Shown: positions 1-13,938, counted from the first letter of the whole stretch. The stretch: 63,813 bases of DNA, filler included, from Welwitschia mirabilis (GCA_051453625.1; 6 parts of one record of this genome joined end to end with filler, not necessarily neighbours in it); one strand, 5' to 3'. Notes: generated by a model from the letters alone, not told the origin. Translations and numbers: made by a program.

Positions 1-1427
1 AAAGTTAATACATTTTATCATGCATATTTACTCAGGTGATGTTGTAATGTTTTCCTTGAGAGTTTGCTAGGTTAGTACTTAGGATAGGTAAACAATCTTC
101 TTCTTGTTCCTTGTGTTCATTTTTACTCTATTTTTCTTTAGTTTTTGAGTTTAGGGTTTTAAAGTTATTTCCACATTTTCTTTTTTCTTCTTAGGACCTT
201 AATCATTTAATAGTTTTCTTGCTATTTGATCATGCTAATATGTTTTTCTAAAAATAATTTTTTTAAAAAAAATTTTAGAAGAACATCTTTTTTCATAATA
301 TTTATTAGTTCCTTCATAAATTATTGAGTTCTAAGTCTATCATGCTTTCATTTTCTATATAGGCACATTCATGTAGCTTTTCTTATAGTTTTTTAACCTA
401 GATATTCTATTTTCTTTAGCCATAGTTTTTTCTTTTGTGTATCATTATCCCTTTTTCCTTTGATTTTCCTAGTTTTTCATGTTTTTTCTATGTGATTTTC
501 TATTTTCTATTTTTTTTCCTTTTTAGACCTAACACTTAAATGATATTATCTGAGCATAACTTTCATGGATGACATTTTTCTTCTGAAATTCTTTTCGATA
601 TGCCATTATCTACCTAGTCATTCAGATGACACTGTAGTAGATGACAACCTGAATTTTCTTCTAAAGTCATCCTAGGACTATTATTCGGACAATGAGATTA
701 GATGATAGTGTAATAAAATTATGGCATTAACTCTATTTCCTCATTTTTAGTCATTTTCTCATCATTTTCCTTCGTTCTTCTAAGAGACAACAACCCCTCT
801 GGTTAGTACTAGCATTTTAGGACTTGTCCTACCTAATTTCATTACTATATTTATGGGATCTTTTCAAATTTGCAAAAATGAGGTATATTTTCTCCTCCTA
901 TTTTTCACTTTTTTCTCTTATTTTTCAGCCTTTTAATGTGCATTTTTCATGTATACTATTTAGTTTTTTACACTTTCATTTTGGGAGTTATGGATTTGAA
1001 TTTCATCATGTATTTTTTAATTTCAAATAACTTTTGCATATTATAAGGTATTTTCAGGTTTTTAATCTTTTACACTCATTTTCTTGCAAATAGTAGGTCG
1101 AATCATAGTGGTCCTTTAGGCAAATTTGTTTAGTAGACATGTTCTACGGCTTTGCTAGATTAAACTTTTTATTTTGGTACTTTGATTTTTCACTACATGT
1201 GGGAGCCACTACATACATAGTTTTTGCACTTTTTCTATTTTTTTCTCCATTTTTCTCTCATGTTTAAAAATTTGGAATCCATTACATCTTTTAAGAAGGG
1301 AAGGACATATTCTTAGTATTTTTTCTAAATTTTTAGTGGTTTTAAAAGTCATTGTTGCACATCCATGTGATGTTTTGACTTATCTATCTATTTTTGCATG
1401 ATGATTTTTATGTTTTCAATTGAGTAG

Positions 1428-2640
1428 GTCACACACACATAGAGCTAGATAGGTATAAGCTTCAGTTAAGTTTATAGAGAAGGAGTCAAATCCTTTGGTT
1501 AAGCCTCAGATATAGTATGCAAAGCTTACACATTCGCCACCTCGACACAGATGATCTTTGAGCATACAGACAAGTAGAATTCATGTCGAGAGATATTTTG
1601 GAGACTTCATAAGCCACATAAAGCTAGAGGTTAATAAGAGATTAATATATTTATTGATCAGATGGATCATAGATGTGCATAGTACATATTATACTTTTAA
1701 GATAAGAGAGTTCTATGACTTCATGCATATAGAAAAGTGACTAGATGCTCATGATCAGCTCTAGGATATGATCATCACCTATATTTGAGACCACAAGATA
1801 GCTATCCTTTCACCCCACATTATAGTCATTACAAATCTTGGAGGATTTAAAAGCATGCATATTTATTTAGCTAGTGAGACAGAGGAGCATTGAGCCTATG
1901 ATATCATCTTAGATACTCTAGCTAATTTGATCACTCATCGATGGAGGTGAATGTTACTCAGCTGATCCTTGCCTATAGAGTTTTGCAGAAAGGACTAATT
2001 CATAACATCACTTCATCATATCATGACAGTTATATGATAATTGCACACTTACAGATTTTGGAAGATTTTTATTAGGGGGAGTATTTAAAATTATCTACCT
2101 TTATCTGGAGGAGACTCAGGTCTATGATTGAGGCATGACATCTATAAAAACTTGGTTATTAATACCTCCTCTCAGCTTTATTTAGATGATTTGGGATACT
2201 AAAGGTCATAGGTAAGTAGCGTATCTCATATATTTAGAGTTCTACATGCTATTTATAGGATATAAGCATACAAGTATCAAGAGAAGTAGAGAGACCTTAA
2301 GTACAGAGACCTACAGTTGTAACTTCATTAGAGCAAATTTAAGTCCTTATGGTTGAGACTACTAAGATGATTAAAGATTTTGTGGACACTGGTATATAGG
2401 TGCTTGATTGGAGGATTTAGACCTTTAAGTAGATAGTTGAATAAAGGATCATATCTATTAAGAGAAGAGTACAACAATCAAAAGATCAGATGATGGACAT
2501 GCATTAGTGCATTATCTCTATCCAACAGAATATGACTATAGATATTTCAAAGTCAGTACATTTCTAGGGTAATGAGATAGTCAGGTTTATTATAGCATAT
2601 CTTGATGTCCTTCTCCCATAGATCCTAAGCATCCTTCTTC
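1428..2640 (+). pseudogene. Degenerate env-like/accessory ORF of Athila element (boundaries approximate)
   Basis: ORF piece 1558-1740 (HVERYFGDFISHIKLEVNKRL...KIREFYD) aligns with the translation of 37595-37750 (HVERFFNDFMSHIELTINQRL...DTREFYD). It lies between the internal PPT and the 3' LTR, where Athila env-like ORFs sit. Confidence 0.6.
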
Positions 2641-2647
2641 TTCGCCC

Positions 2648-2944
2648 TGTTGCGATGCCAACTTAAGTGTATTTGATAGGGTATTTTGAGTTGTTTTGCA
2701 GATAAACTAACAGATAAATGCNNNNNNNNNNNNNNNNNNNNNNNNNNNNNNNNNNNNNNNNNNNNNNNNNNNNNNNNNNNNNNNNNNNNNNNNNNNNNNN
2801 NNNNNNNNNNNNNNNNNNNNNCTTCGACGGAATTACGACATTCGGATCACTCCGTCTATACTAGCGTGTTGTATTTTGCATCTTATTTATAATTAACAAG
2901 ACTGAATTTAAATATGAACTACTGCACAAATACATACCGCAACA
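2648..2944 (+). mobile_element. Young Athila LTR insertion (solo LTR or whole element collapsed in a 100-N gap), subfamily A
   Basis: Termini TGTTGCG...CGCAACA form a perfect 7-bp inverted repeat. Perfect 5-bp TSD CGCCC at 2643-2647 and 2945-2949. Both ends match the LTR at 50021-50584, which is followed by a PBS and gag. Confidence 0.9.
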
Positions 2945-3506
2945 CGCCCCCTGCTCTTGAGCTGGTTGCCAAACTAGATTTTATCATGCATAGACGAGGG
3001 GAGTGATTTTGCATTTTATATCTCCCCTTCTATACCTTTCTTTTACTAAAAACTCTCTTTATTATATAGATATATCCTTTCTTTTAGCATGGTTTACTAT
3101 TTATTCCTGATTTTTACATGAATATCTTTTAATTTTATGATGAGAATTTATTATAATTGAGAAAATATTTTATATTTAACTATTTATCTCAATGGGTGCC
3201 TGTTTATTATGACTAATTAATTATCTAAGAAAATCAATTTTTGCCATAGATTCTAGATTTAAAAAATCTTTTTGAGACTGGTGTCCCCTCCATCATATGA
3301 ACAATGATCTAGATGACCAACTTCTGATGCTTTATAGGTTTTTTTAATTTTCAAAAATTTAATTTATATCTCTAAAATATTCTACAAATCTTTCCAAGAT
3401 AATTTCTTTAGGTATCTTAGTTGCTTTTATTATCTAGTAAGTTGGCTTGCAAAGGTAGTTTACCACCTAGTTTTATCAAGAACTGATAAGGGCAAGTAGA
3501 CAGATA

Positions 3507-4592
3507 TGTTGCACTACCAACTTACATATATTTGATAGAATATTCTGAGTCATTTTATAGGAAAATAGATAGGTAAATGCTTGGTTTTCATGATAATTAA
3601 GAGCTATGTTAAAAATGATGTAAATATGTAATCTTTATGATAATTTACAAGTATTTTGAACAAATATGAATATTGTGTATTTCTGATGTTAACTTCCTAC
3701 AAACAATAAGGCTAATGCATGGATTGAAGATTTCTTAAAGGCCATTATCTACCTAATTGTTCATATGATAGTATAGATGACTGTGCCAACTAGATGTTGA
3801 CTAAGATATAACTGGTAACTGATGTGAATTTTATCATAAGGTGGCATCATCTCCTATATCGTTCAGACGACTAGTCGAATAGCAGTATTATAATGCCTGC
3901 ACTGAATGTTCACATAAATTTCACCACTTGTATTTATTTCTTTTCTATGTGGCCATTAGAATTTAACCAAATCTTTTTGTTTGTACTGTTTCATGTTTTG
4001 AGTTAATAAATAGAGGTCTCCTCCTTAACTCCTTCTTGTCTTTGTTTACATCCATCATTCTTATGACAGGAGATTGAAGGACCAGAGAACCATCCTATAG
4101 TTCTAGAGAGACATTTCCTTAGTATTGGGTGATGTTTCCTCCATTGACATATGGCTATTTTGTAACATGGATGTGGTGTAATTTCTAATATAAATTATTC
4201 TCTTTTTGTGTTTCAATGTATAAATGATTTTATCCATTATAGCTTATGTTTCTTGAGATCCGGTAATAGTTTCTCTTTTGACATAGGCTATGAGGGTAAC
4301 ATTTATTAAGGTTATGCTTGAATAGTTTAGGTACATTATTGTTTCCTCTTCTTAGATTAGTCTTACATAAGTGTGTTTCATTTCATTTTCATGCATTATG
4401 AGTTATATCTGTAGGTTAGGTTACAGGTTTTCTCTCTTAAAAGCAACTCTCTTATTTCAATATTTTGGCCTTTAATGAATTACAAAATTTGGGTTACTCC
4501 CATTCATATTAGCGTGTTGTGTTTGTGTATATTATTTGTGATTAATAGGATTCTACTTAGAACATAAACGTTGCATAAATATCACCATAATA
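3507..4592 (+). repeat. Athila 3' LTR
   Basis: Starts TGTTGCACTACCAAC and ends CACCATAATA (decayed CACCGCAACA). TATA-like ataaatagagg at ~4007. Colinear with the LTR at 61078-61594. Confidence 0.8.
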
Positions 4593-5959
4593 CTTTCCAT
4601 CTACCTTAAAAGAAAAACCAAAAAATTACCTTAAAACCATTTCAAATAAAAGTATTAAGTCATAAAAACATATACAAGAAGTCTTTNNNNNNNNNNAACT
4701 AAAAAAATGTTATATTTTTTATGTAATAGAGATTTACTTAATTTAATCTTAGAAAATGATTGGAACTTATTAGAAGGCCTGGTAAAAAGAAGTTAAAATT
4801 GGCCAAATACTATATGTAGACATATTATAACTATAAGTGAAATGCTTAGAGACTTGAAAAAAGTTCAACATGAAGAAGAGAACTAAAGGTTAACATCCTA
4901 TTTAGTTATCTTACTAGAATATTAGAGAGTTATACAAAAGATTTNNNNNNNNNNNNNNNNNNNNNNNNNNNNNNNNNNNNNNNNNNNNNNNNNNNNNNNN
5001 NNNNNNNNNNNNNNNNNNNNNNNNNNNNNNNNNNNNNNNNNNNNCTAAAGGTTAACATCCTATTTAGTGATCTTACTAGAATATTAGAGAGTTATACAAA
5101 AGCTTTAACTAATGCAAAATTGCTAAGTTAACTCAACCATTGTAAAATATGTAATGAAAACTATCATTCTACTAAGGAATTCCTAGATTTATCAACTTGT
5201 AGAAAGGCCATATTCAATGAAGTTTATGCATTCAATCAAAGGTAAAACAACTTTGAAGGTAACAAATAATATCCATTAACAAACTATAGATCTTCAACAT
5301 CTTTTTAACCTTCATTTGACAACAAATACAAAGGTCATAACTCTCAGCCCAGTTTTTTCAACTATAATAAAAATTATCCTTATAGAGAAATGATGGAGAA
5401 ACTAAAAAAACATAATATTCCACTAATGAAATCTTAGAAAATTAGAATAAAAACTTAAAAATTTCATTATTCTTCTTTGCAAAAACATGCTAGGCAATCA
5501 AAGACCTTAAGGACTACTTACCACTCAAACTATTCCAAATCTAAATAATAAATAAAGATTGGAAAGTAGTAACAATAAGTAGACATAAAACTAATCTTCA
5601 TGAGAAACCTATAACTTCTATCCATAAAAATAAGGAAAAATATCAAGAAGATGATATTGAAATTCTTGATCAACTGAACTTTTTTTTTACTCTTAACTTT
5701 AAATCTAGCAACAACAACCAACATCCAAGGGAGAAGACTACCCCATGGCAAGAAAGATTAAATAATAATCCAACTTATAATGAGTGTTTAAAAGTAATTA
5801 TGAATGATGTTACTATCAACCTATCTTTTTAGAAGATCCTTCAAGATAATCCCAACTATAATAAAATTTGGAAGAACTTAGTAAAAAGAAAACAAAAGAG
5901 AGTAATTCAAGTAAAATATTTATTGCACAATCCCTTTTCAACTTAATTTCTTAAAAATA

Positions 5960-6377
5960 TCCTAAGTTTAAAGATCCAGTGGTAACCACTATTAATGTTA
6001 TTTTGGAATGAAATAATAAAATCAAGAAAGCTCTAATAGACATAAGAGAAAGTGTCAATATTATGCATTTTCACATTTGTAAAAATCTTGGATTAGAAGG
6101 TAGAATTAAACTTATCAAAATAGTGTTAGAATTGGATGACACATTAATTAATAAATATATAGGAATAATCAAATATTTAGTAATTCAAATCGAGAAAGAT
6201 TTTTACCCTATAGATGTGGTCATTATAGAGGTTAAACATAAAGGTGGATACCCTCTAATTTTAAGAAGAGCCTTAACCCATTTTGATATTAATACTTACA
6301 TAGGGATGATGGAATGTCATATAGGTAATAAAAAGTTTAGTATTGGAGTATTTGATGTCGCTAAGAAAGATATGTAA
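5960..6377 (+). pseudogene. pol: Gypsy/Athila aspartic protease remnant
   Basis: YPKFKDPV...KALIDIRESVNIM (decayed D-[LT]-G-A-S motif), then FYPIDVVIIE...GYPLILRR (PLILGRPF-like motif). Confidence 0.8.
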
Positions 6378-9289
6378 GATGAATTAGACATAGAACAAAA
6401 AGTTAGATCATCCATGTTAGTTCAACATCATTCTGTAGGAAAAAAGATCCTTTTATTATATAATACTACCTTATTAAAGGATAAGAAAGAACATTATATT
6501 ATTCTTAAATCTTTAAACTCCTATAATTCTTACAACCTCAATCTAAATATTTTAAACTAGTCTTCTAATAATAATTTTCATAAAGACTTTAAATCCATAC
6601 TTAATTATAATATCCAAAATGTAAGATCCATTAAAAATCTTTTACATTAAGATGGTTGTTCTACAACTATGAAGGATGAAAATAATATTCAACTTAAAGA
6701 CTTATCTAATGGCTTGAAATACATCTTATCAAATAACATACCTAATAAGCCATTAATCTTTAGTTTTAAACTTCATTCTTTTTAAGAAAAAGACTTTAAG
6801 GAAAAAATTATTAAACTTATAGATATAGGTCAATTTNNNNNNNNNNNNNNNNNNNNNNNNNNNNNNNNNNNNNNNNNNNNNNNNNNNNNNNNNNNNNNNN
6901 NNNNNNNNNNNNNNNNNNNNNNNNNNNNNNNNNNNNNNNNNNNNNNNNNNNNNNNNNNNNNNNNNNNNNNNNNNNNNNNNNNNNNNNNNNNNNNNNNNNN
7001 NNNNNNNNNNNNNNNNNNNNNNNNNNNNNNNNNNNNNNNNNNNNNNNNNNNNNNNNNNNNNNNNNNNNNNNNNNNNNNNNNNNNNNNNNNNNNNNNNNNN
7101 NNNNNNNNNNNNNNNNNNNNNNNNNNNNNNNNNNNNNNNNNNNNNNNNNNNNNNNNNNNNNNNNNNNNNNNNNNNNNNNNNNNNNNNNNNNNNNNNNNNN
7201 NNNNNNNNNNNNNNNNNNNNNNNNNNNNNNNNNNNNNNNNNNNNNNNNNNNNNNNNNNNNNNNNNNNNNNNNNNNNNNNNNNNNNNNNNNNNNNNNNNNN
7301 NNNNNNNNNNNNNNNNNNNNNNNNNNNNNNNNNNNNNNNNNNNNNNNNNNNNNNNNNNNNNNNNNNNNNNNNNAATGGCTTTGTTAAATCTCTGATCTTT
7401 AAGCTTAATAAATCCAAAGAGTAAATGAACAAGGTTAAAACTTTATACATCTCTAGATGATTGTTGTTATAACTTTAACATGATAGAAGAAATTAATTAA
7501 AAGATACTCTTTGCAAAAATTAATATGTTCCCTTGGCCATCTAGTAGATTCTATCTTAGCTTTATTTCTTGATTTAAGTTATGAAACTACTTGATCATCT
7601 TTAACTTGATTTATGTTTTACTTTCATAGGTGTTACCATGATTAAGTAATTCTTTTCTTTAGGTTTTCATGTGATAAAGATTGGATTTAGCTAATCTTAA
7701 GGTATTCCAATATCTATAATCAATCCCCTTTGGTTATTTTATGGCAAAATATCAATTATGTTAGTCCAATGCTTGCCTTCGGCCATATACTTTATTATCT
7801 TATAATTCTAATGATTAAACAATACCATCAAAAATTGGGAGTATAAGTCAATGAAAAAGAATAAAAAATGAAAGAAAGAGGGAAATATAAAAAACAGGAA
7901 AAGAAAAAAAAATGAATCACCCTCTTGCAATTATACCATGATGTACTACCACAAGCATACTAGAGAAAATTTTCCTGAGAGTGCCTTTAGCAGTATGACA
8001 TGGTAGCTATAGAAACTCCATGAGATGATTAATGGGCCATGATCTAGCCTCATCTTATGAGTGTTTATTCTCTTGACAGTGGTTGCACTCCCCTCATCAT
8101 GATGAATGGTATTATTCAACAGTCCATTAACTAAAACTCCCATCACTCTAAGGCACAAACTTCATAAGCATATAAGAATATTAATTATTATATAATATTT
8201 TATTAAAGTACTATATTTGTCATAGCTAAAGATGAATTAAATCATAATCCAAATAGGACTTGATACCTTGCTAAATATAATCATTAGATATTGTCATAAT
8301 TACTATCCTTTCGAATGGTATTCTATGATGTTTTACATTGAATCATGCATTTCTATATCAAGTAGCTTTATAACCATTACAAAGAAGTTTTGCTAAGTTT
8401 GAATTTTAGATAAAAAGTTAATCTTCTTCATGTTATATCTTGTTTATTTTTCTTTTTGTCTTATCGTAGTTTATGGATTTATCTTCTCAAAGTCATTTTC
8501 TTATCTTTCCTAAAATAATTTTAGGATTTGGTCATTTTCTACTCTACTTATTATGTTTTTCATCACTTGATTATTATACAAAGCTTTCATACATGTCAAA
8601 AGATATAATAATTTTCAAATAAGAAGTCATTTTTGGATAATGATGAATAAAAGCAATGTAATGAAGATATATTGATCATCCTCCATGTCATGGGACTGAC
8701 AAAGGAGATAATATCAGAAACATATGATTGTTCTCTGTGTCGTGGGTATGACGATTAAGATGATAGTAAGCATTTTTGACACATGCTAAGCATTAGTTAG
8801 TAGATTGAGTGTCGTCCTCTATGTCATAGGGATGACATGATGTACAATGATTAAAATTATTTATAAACTTAACTAAATTAATATGAAAGGATGGATTTAA
8901 TTTATACCTCTTTATTTCACACCCTTTAATAACCTATCCCAACCTATAAATAGAACATTGCAGATCCTATGCAAATCATCCTTTGCTATCTACATTCTTA
9001 TGACAATTGAAGTTTGTTAAAGGTAAGGAGATCTATCCTACTTGTGAGAAGGACTACCATGTTGTTAGGTAGTGAATATTTTGTTGAGGAGTTATGGTCG
9101 TAAGTAGATGTAATTCAGTTTCATTAATAAAAGTATTAACTAAATTAAATTCTTTTCAAATATTTTATTATTCTTCCTTATAGCTTATCTTAATTGTAAT
9201 TTAAGTGACATNNNNNNNNNNNNNNNNNNNNNNNNNNNNNNNNNNNNNNNNNNNNNNNNNNNNNNNNNNNNNNNNNNNNNNNNTATTAG

Positions 9290-9341
9290 AATTGCATTCA
9301 TTACATTGCATTTCATTCCATTCCATTGCATTACATTCCAT
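9290..9341 (+). repeat. Degenerate pentanucleotide repeat (ATTGC/ATTCC/ATTAC)n inside an Athila LTR
   Basis: attgcattcattacattgcatttcattccattccattgcattacattccat. Confidence 0.8.
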
Positions 9342-10153
9342 CTTCATCTTTTCATGGTTTAACTTCATTTTCTATAAAACAAATATATCATTCTTCTCTC
9401 TTTAAATAAATGTTCTAAATTCTCTTTTAAAAGTCTCCTCTAAGTGTACAACATTTGGATTGATCCCACTATACAAATGTGTATTATGTGCAATTGGATT
9501 ATTAGCTTTTTAGATATTACAAGTTAAATTCAATCTTTAAAATATTGGGCTTAGAAGAACAAATATGCATTACAATAATGTCTTAGGTTACATTAACATA
9601 ATCTCATTTATCATATAAGCATTAGTAAATTTGAAAGTCATAGATCCTTCATAGGCTTATAATAAAAATGGAAAGTAAGGACTAAATTTACCCAGGATTT
9701 ATGAAATTACTAAGACTTAAACTAATTAACTTAATAAATTTACTTGTTTAATTAAAGAACCTTGACATTTATGTTGTTTCTTAACCATTCCTAGTGTAAA
9801 ATAAGTTGTGACTAATAATTAAAAGAAAACAACTCTTAAGAATTAAATTAAAGAATATGCACATTAATTAAAGATAGAGGAAGGCTAAAAGAACTTACCA
9901 AGATCTCCTTAAAAGTAAGATTGCTCCCAAGAGAAGGGCTTAGAAGGCCATCATCACTAAAACTATAAAGGTTTTATGTTTTGTCAAAATAAAGGATAAA
10001 TACAAATAAAGGCTTAAGATTCTTTTATAAGTAAGGATAGGATTCAGATAATTGAGAGATGTTAGCTTGTATCATTAAATAGAATATCTATTATTTAGCA
10101 TTTTATAAATAAGATTCTTTTCTATAGCACATGATAAAGGTTGTCTTATAGTA

Positions 10154-11226
10154 TATTGCACTATCAATTTATGGTTATTTGGTAGAGTTTTATGAGTTAT
10201 TTTGCAAGACTTTTATATAGGTTTAGTTGCAATTCTGAGGATTTTGGAGATATAAGAGGAAATCTTAAAAAAGTATTATTCGTATCCAAATTTGATGTAT
10301 TAAAGGAAATTTTTCATGCACAGAGCTTTGAAAAAGAATTACTAACAAAAATTCTAAAGTTTTCTTAAATAAAATGATAAAATAAGACTATCGTCCCCTT
10401 CGTCATTCCCATGATAGGCAAGATGATCACTGCTAATGTGGACTGCTGAGTTATCATTTTGAGAATATTTTATAATGTGCTATCATCCCCCATATCATTT
10501 GGATGATAGTTTAGATGACACTGATATGTAACTGACTCTGACAGTGACCCATAACCATTTCATCCATTTTTGAATCATTTGTAAGTGCACCTAATCACAC
10601 CTACCATTTGTCTTTTTTTGTTGTATGTTGTTATAAATAAAACCCTCTTCGACTCTTTTTCTCATCTTCATTGCATCAAAAATCCTTATGACAAGAGTTA
10701 GAAGGGTAGATGATCCATTTGCTTATGTTGTAAAAAGACATGCACTTGGTGGAGGACTATGTATCCTTCATTGAAACCCAGCTATTTTATAACCCAGATG
10801 TTATTGCTCTTTTAATATAAAACTTAGTTTTTTTTTATGTTTACATCTTAGGTTTTCTGATTACCCTTATGATTTATGATTGCTCTTGATCTAGTGACAA
10901 TTTCATAGGTGATATAAATTATCAATGATAGCCTTTGTTAAGGCTGAAAGCAAGTAGAGTTATGGTTATTTTTTCATTGCATGTTAGTTTAAATTACATA
11001 TTACATTTTGTATTGTACTTTTATTTCTTACATTATTATCTATTTTTGGTTCCTAGTTTTATTTGTAAAGCAACCTAAGTCTTATCTCATAGAATTTAAT
11101 TAAATACGACATTTTGGGTCTACTTCCACTTATATTAGTGTGTTGTATTATGTAAGATATCTATTTTGATTATAAATGATAGAATCTCTTTGAATGTAAA
11201 AACTTGCATGAATACACACTGCAACA
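10154..11226 (+). repeat. 5' LTR, subfamily B
   Basis: TATTGCACTATC...CACTGCAACA. TATAAATA at ~10632. Colinear with 19862-20933 and 22384-23365. Confidence 0.88.
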
Positions 11227-11248
11227 TCTTAGAGCCATTGCTAGGGAA
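11227..11248 (+). promoter_or_regulatory. Decayed tRNA-Asp-type primer binding site
   Basis: tcttagagccattgctagggaa immediately after the LTR, compared with the Athila PBS TGGCGCCGTTGCCGGGGA. Confidence 0.7.
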
Positions 11249-12419
11249 GGATATTGAGAAGTGCAAGAGTTGTTATCATTCAGATAAGTATATTGAACTT
11301 CTGTTAAGTCATTTATCTGTGCAGCATTATATTTTATTAGGAATTATAGGTATTCTATGTGCAATTTTTCAGTTTTTATTTTTTTATTTTTAGTTTTTTA
11401 TAAAAATTAGTGATCATTCCCTTTGTTATCTTCACGATAGGTAGGATGATAATTAGCTTTTTGATTTTTTTGGTTTTATTTTTAGTTTTTTAATTTTTCT
11501 AAAATAAAATAAATCTCTATCATCTCATGTGATGTTCAGATGACTATTTAGATGACAGTATGTTTTCCTGTGTTTTTTGCCTTCTATTTTAATTTTTTAT
11601 TTCTATTTCTATTTGTTGGTTTTTTGCGAGTGTCATCCCCTCTGTCATCCCCATGACAGATAGGATGATAGTGTTGTTTTTATCTATTTTCTATTATTTT
11701 CTATTTGCAAGTATTGTGACATTGTTGGTCCAAGAAAAGGCTTATTAGAGAAAAAAGCACTATTAACAAATGAAAGTATTTAAGAAGGATAGGAACACAA
11801 CCTCTAGATGCATACATTATTTTTTCAAGCTTATTTTATTTTTATCATCTTTATGAACCTACCTTTATCTTGAACTAAAAGATTCTCTTCCTCTCATTCT
11901 TCTAAAAAATAAATAGTGATAAATCACCCATATAAAAAAATTCTTGGAAAGCATATCAGCAAACCTGAAGATAATAGTAATAAAATAGTTGGACAGATTC
12001 TTACTAAAAAAAGGAGAAAATAATTTAAGAAGGATGATAAGAAAACACTTAGAGAGCTTTTTACAGAAAAAGAGAGGTCATCACAAAAAAATATTGAGAG
12101 TAGGAATAGGACCCGTTTCTCTTTTTAACCACCTTATTATTCCCTCTTTTCTTTTCAAAATCTATATACAATTAATGAAGAAAAGATTAGGGCTTTAACC
12201 TCATCTAATCATTTTTACCCATCCCATTCATCTCCCATAAACTATTATGAAGTAGAAAATGATCCAATAGGAAAATTAAGGGACATAGTAAAGCACCAAG
12301 AAGATACCAACCAACACATAAAAAATACCAATAAAAGATTAGAAAATATGCTTGCAATTCTTGAACAAAATCTCCCATCTCTTCAAATGTAAAATCCTCA
12401 AACCTATTCTTCTAAATCT

Positions 12420-13661
12420 TGTAGGATCGTGAATCCAAGAGGGGAGGCGGATGNNNNNNNNNNNNNNNNNNNNNNNNNNNNNNNNNNNNNNNNNNNNNNN
12501 NNNNNNNNNNNNNNNNNNNNNNNNNNNGGTATAAAACTTATGAAAAATTCAAACAATTATTACTATTAAAAGGAATTATGCATAAAAAGATATAACAAAA
12601 TAAAATAAAAAGCAGAAAAAAAAGCACAAGATAAGATTTATAGTGGTTTAGAATATGCCTTACTTCACTATTGATGATTAGTTTCTCCCAAGCTTGATCT
12701 TAGATCTCTGTTACTCCACAAGTTTTACTAGATTCATCTATAACCCTTACAAAGTGGACTTTTCCAGGCTAAGTCTCAACCTCTTCAAATGGACTTTTTC
12801 AGACTTAATCTAAACCTCTTAAAATGGACTTTTATAGGCTAAGTCTCAACTTTTAGAAATGCACAATGGTGAGTGAAAGAATGAATCCTTTATGCTCTAG
12901 ATCACTCAAGTGAAAGAACTAACAATAAAGCCTTCTTACTTAGATTTGATACAAAGGTGAGTGATGAGAGAGAGAATAAAGATAGTACAAAGATAAGCTC
13001 TTTAGATCAAGAATACAACCTTACTTTTCAAAAATCCAATCCAATGTTAAGCTCTATGGTTTTTGAGTATTGCCTCTTATTTATATATTTCCCCAACATA
13101 TCATCGTTTAACTAGATAGGCACAAATTTGACATTTGTAATGGATATATTTGGTGAAGTAACAGTTAGAAAATTACTTTAAAATTTCCACTTTCGTGCTA
13201 TTCTATCGACCCCTTGAAACATCTGGTCAATCCCTTTTCATTCTATTCAAGTATACTAACTCTTAAGTTATAGGTCCAATTGACCCCATTAAAATCTAGT
13301 CGACTACTTTCCTCCAGGTTCGATTGACCCCATATGAGTCTGGTTGATCCCACATGAGTTCGGTCAACCCCATGGGACATAGTACATATTGGAAAGCTTG
13401 AAAACTACATGTTCATATCTGGTTTACCCCTTAANNNNNNNNNNNNNNNNNNNNNNNNNNNNNNNNNNNNNNNNNNNNNNNNNNNNNNNNNNNNNNNNNN
13501 NNNNNNNNNNNNNNNNNNNNNNNNNNNNNNNNNNNNNNNNNNNNNNNNNNNNNNNNNNNNTTGGATATTGATCTGGTAGTTTCTTGCACCTATAAAATTA
13601 CTTTTCATTCTACAAATATCATATTAGTTTGACATCAAATGGAAAAAATAAAATCCTAACA
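12420..13661 (-). repeat. Sirevirus 3' LTR
   Basis: Plus strand TGTAGGATC...TCCTAACA. Three ~37-bp tandem repeats at 12751-12860. GTCGACCCC-type motifs at 13200-13430. Colinear with 15620-17228. Confidence 0.9.
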
Positions 13662-13830
13662 ATCTCCTCCTTTGACATTGATGGCAAACAAATAAGTGAT
13701 TTTAAGGCCAAATAAGTATTTCATCTTAACAAGACATATCAACATAATAAAATATTCCCCTTTCACAAAGCCATATAAATAATGTTTGGTCACCATGTCC
13801 TCTTCTTCTTTGACATCAATGGCAAAGAAT
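13662..13830 (-). promoter_or_regulatory. Multiple polypurine tract region
   Basis: Minus strand ...GCCATCAATGTCAAAGGAGGAGAT next to the LTR, AAAGGGGAATATT at ~13752-13764, and a second GCCATTGATGTCAAAGAAGAAGAGG at ~13800-13825. Confidence 0.75.
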
Positions 13831-13882
13831 ATGTGATTNNNNNNNNNNNNNNNNNNNNNNNNNNNNNNNNNNNNNNNNNNNN

Positions 13883-13894
13883 TTAATTAATTAA
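13883..13894. other. Artificial assembly linker TTAATTAATTAA within N runs (also 26164-26175, 50264-50275, 52742-52753, 61639-61650)
   Basis: The identical 12-mer, with stops in all six frames, is centred in 100-nt N blocks five times. Confidence 0.95.
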
Positions 13895-13938
13895 NNNNNN
13901 NNNNNNNNNNNNNNNNNNNNNNNNNNNNNNNNNNNNNN

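Larger units (their letters stand above)
1..4592 (+). mobile_element. 3' portion of an Athila-type Gypsy element (internal PPT, env-like ORF remnant, PPT, 3' LTR), inserted into the gag of the next element
   Basis: Internal purine tract ttaagaagggaagg (~1291-1304). Region ~600-1740 is homologous to 36680-37790, which follows an Athila integrase. A degenerate PPT lies just before 3507, followed by the LTR at 3507-4592. Confidence 0.75.
4593..9577 (+). mobile_element. Decayed Athila element (gag C-terminus, protease, pol ends, 3' module, 5'-truncated 3' LTR ~8600-9577)
   Basis: Gag-like LCNRDLLNLILENDWNLLEGL at ~4720. Protease at ~5960-6377. Pre-RT linker QLKDLSNGLKY at ~6690. Integrase-end-like sequence at ~7375-7450. 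Conserved 3' module at 7950-8160. LTR end AAATATGCATTACAATA at 9577. Confidence 0.7.

Noticed and set aside
6700..7450. Calling element 4593-9577 pol-deleted
   Set aside because: The RT-to-integrase interval coincides with an N gap (6837-7373) whose true size is uncertain.
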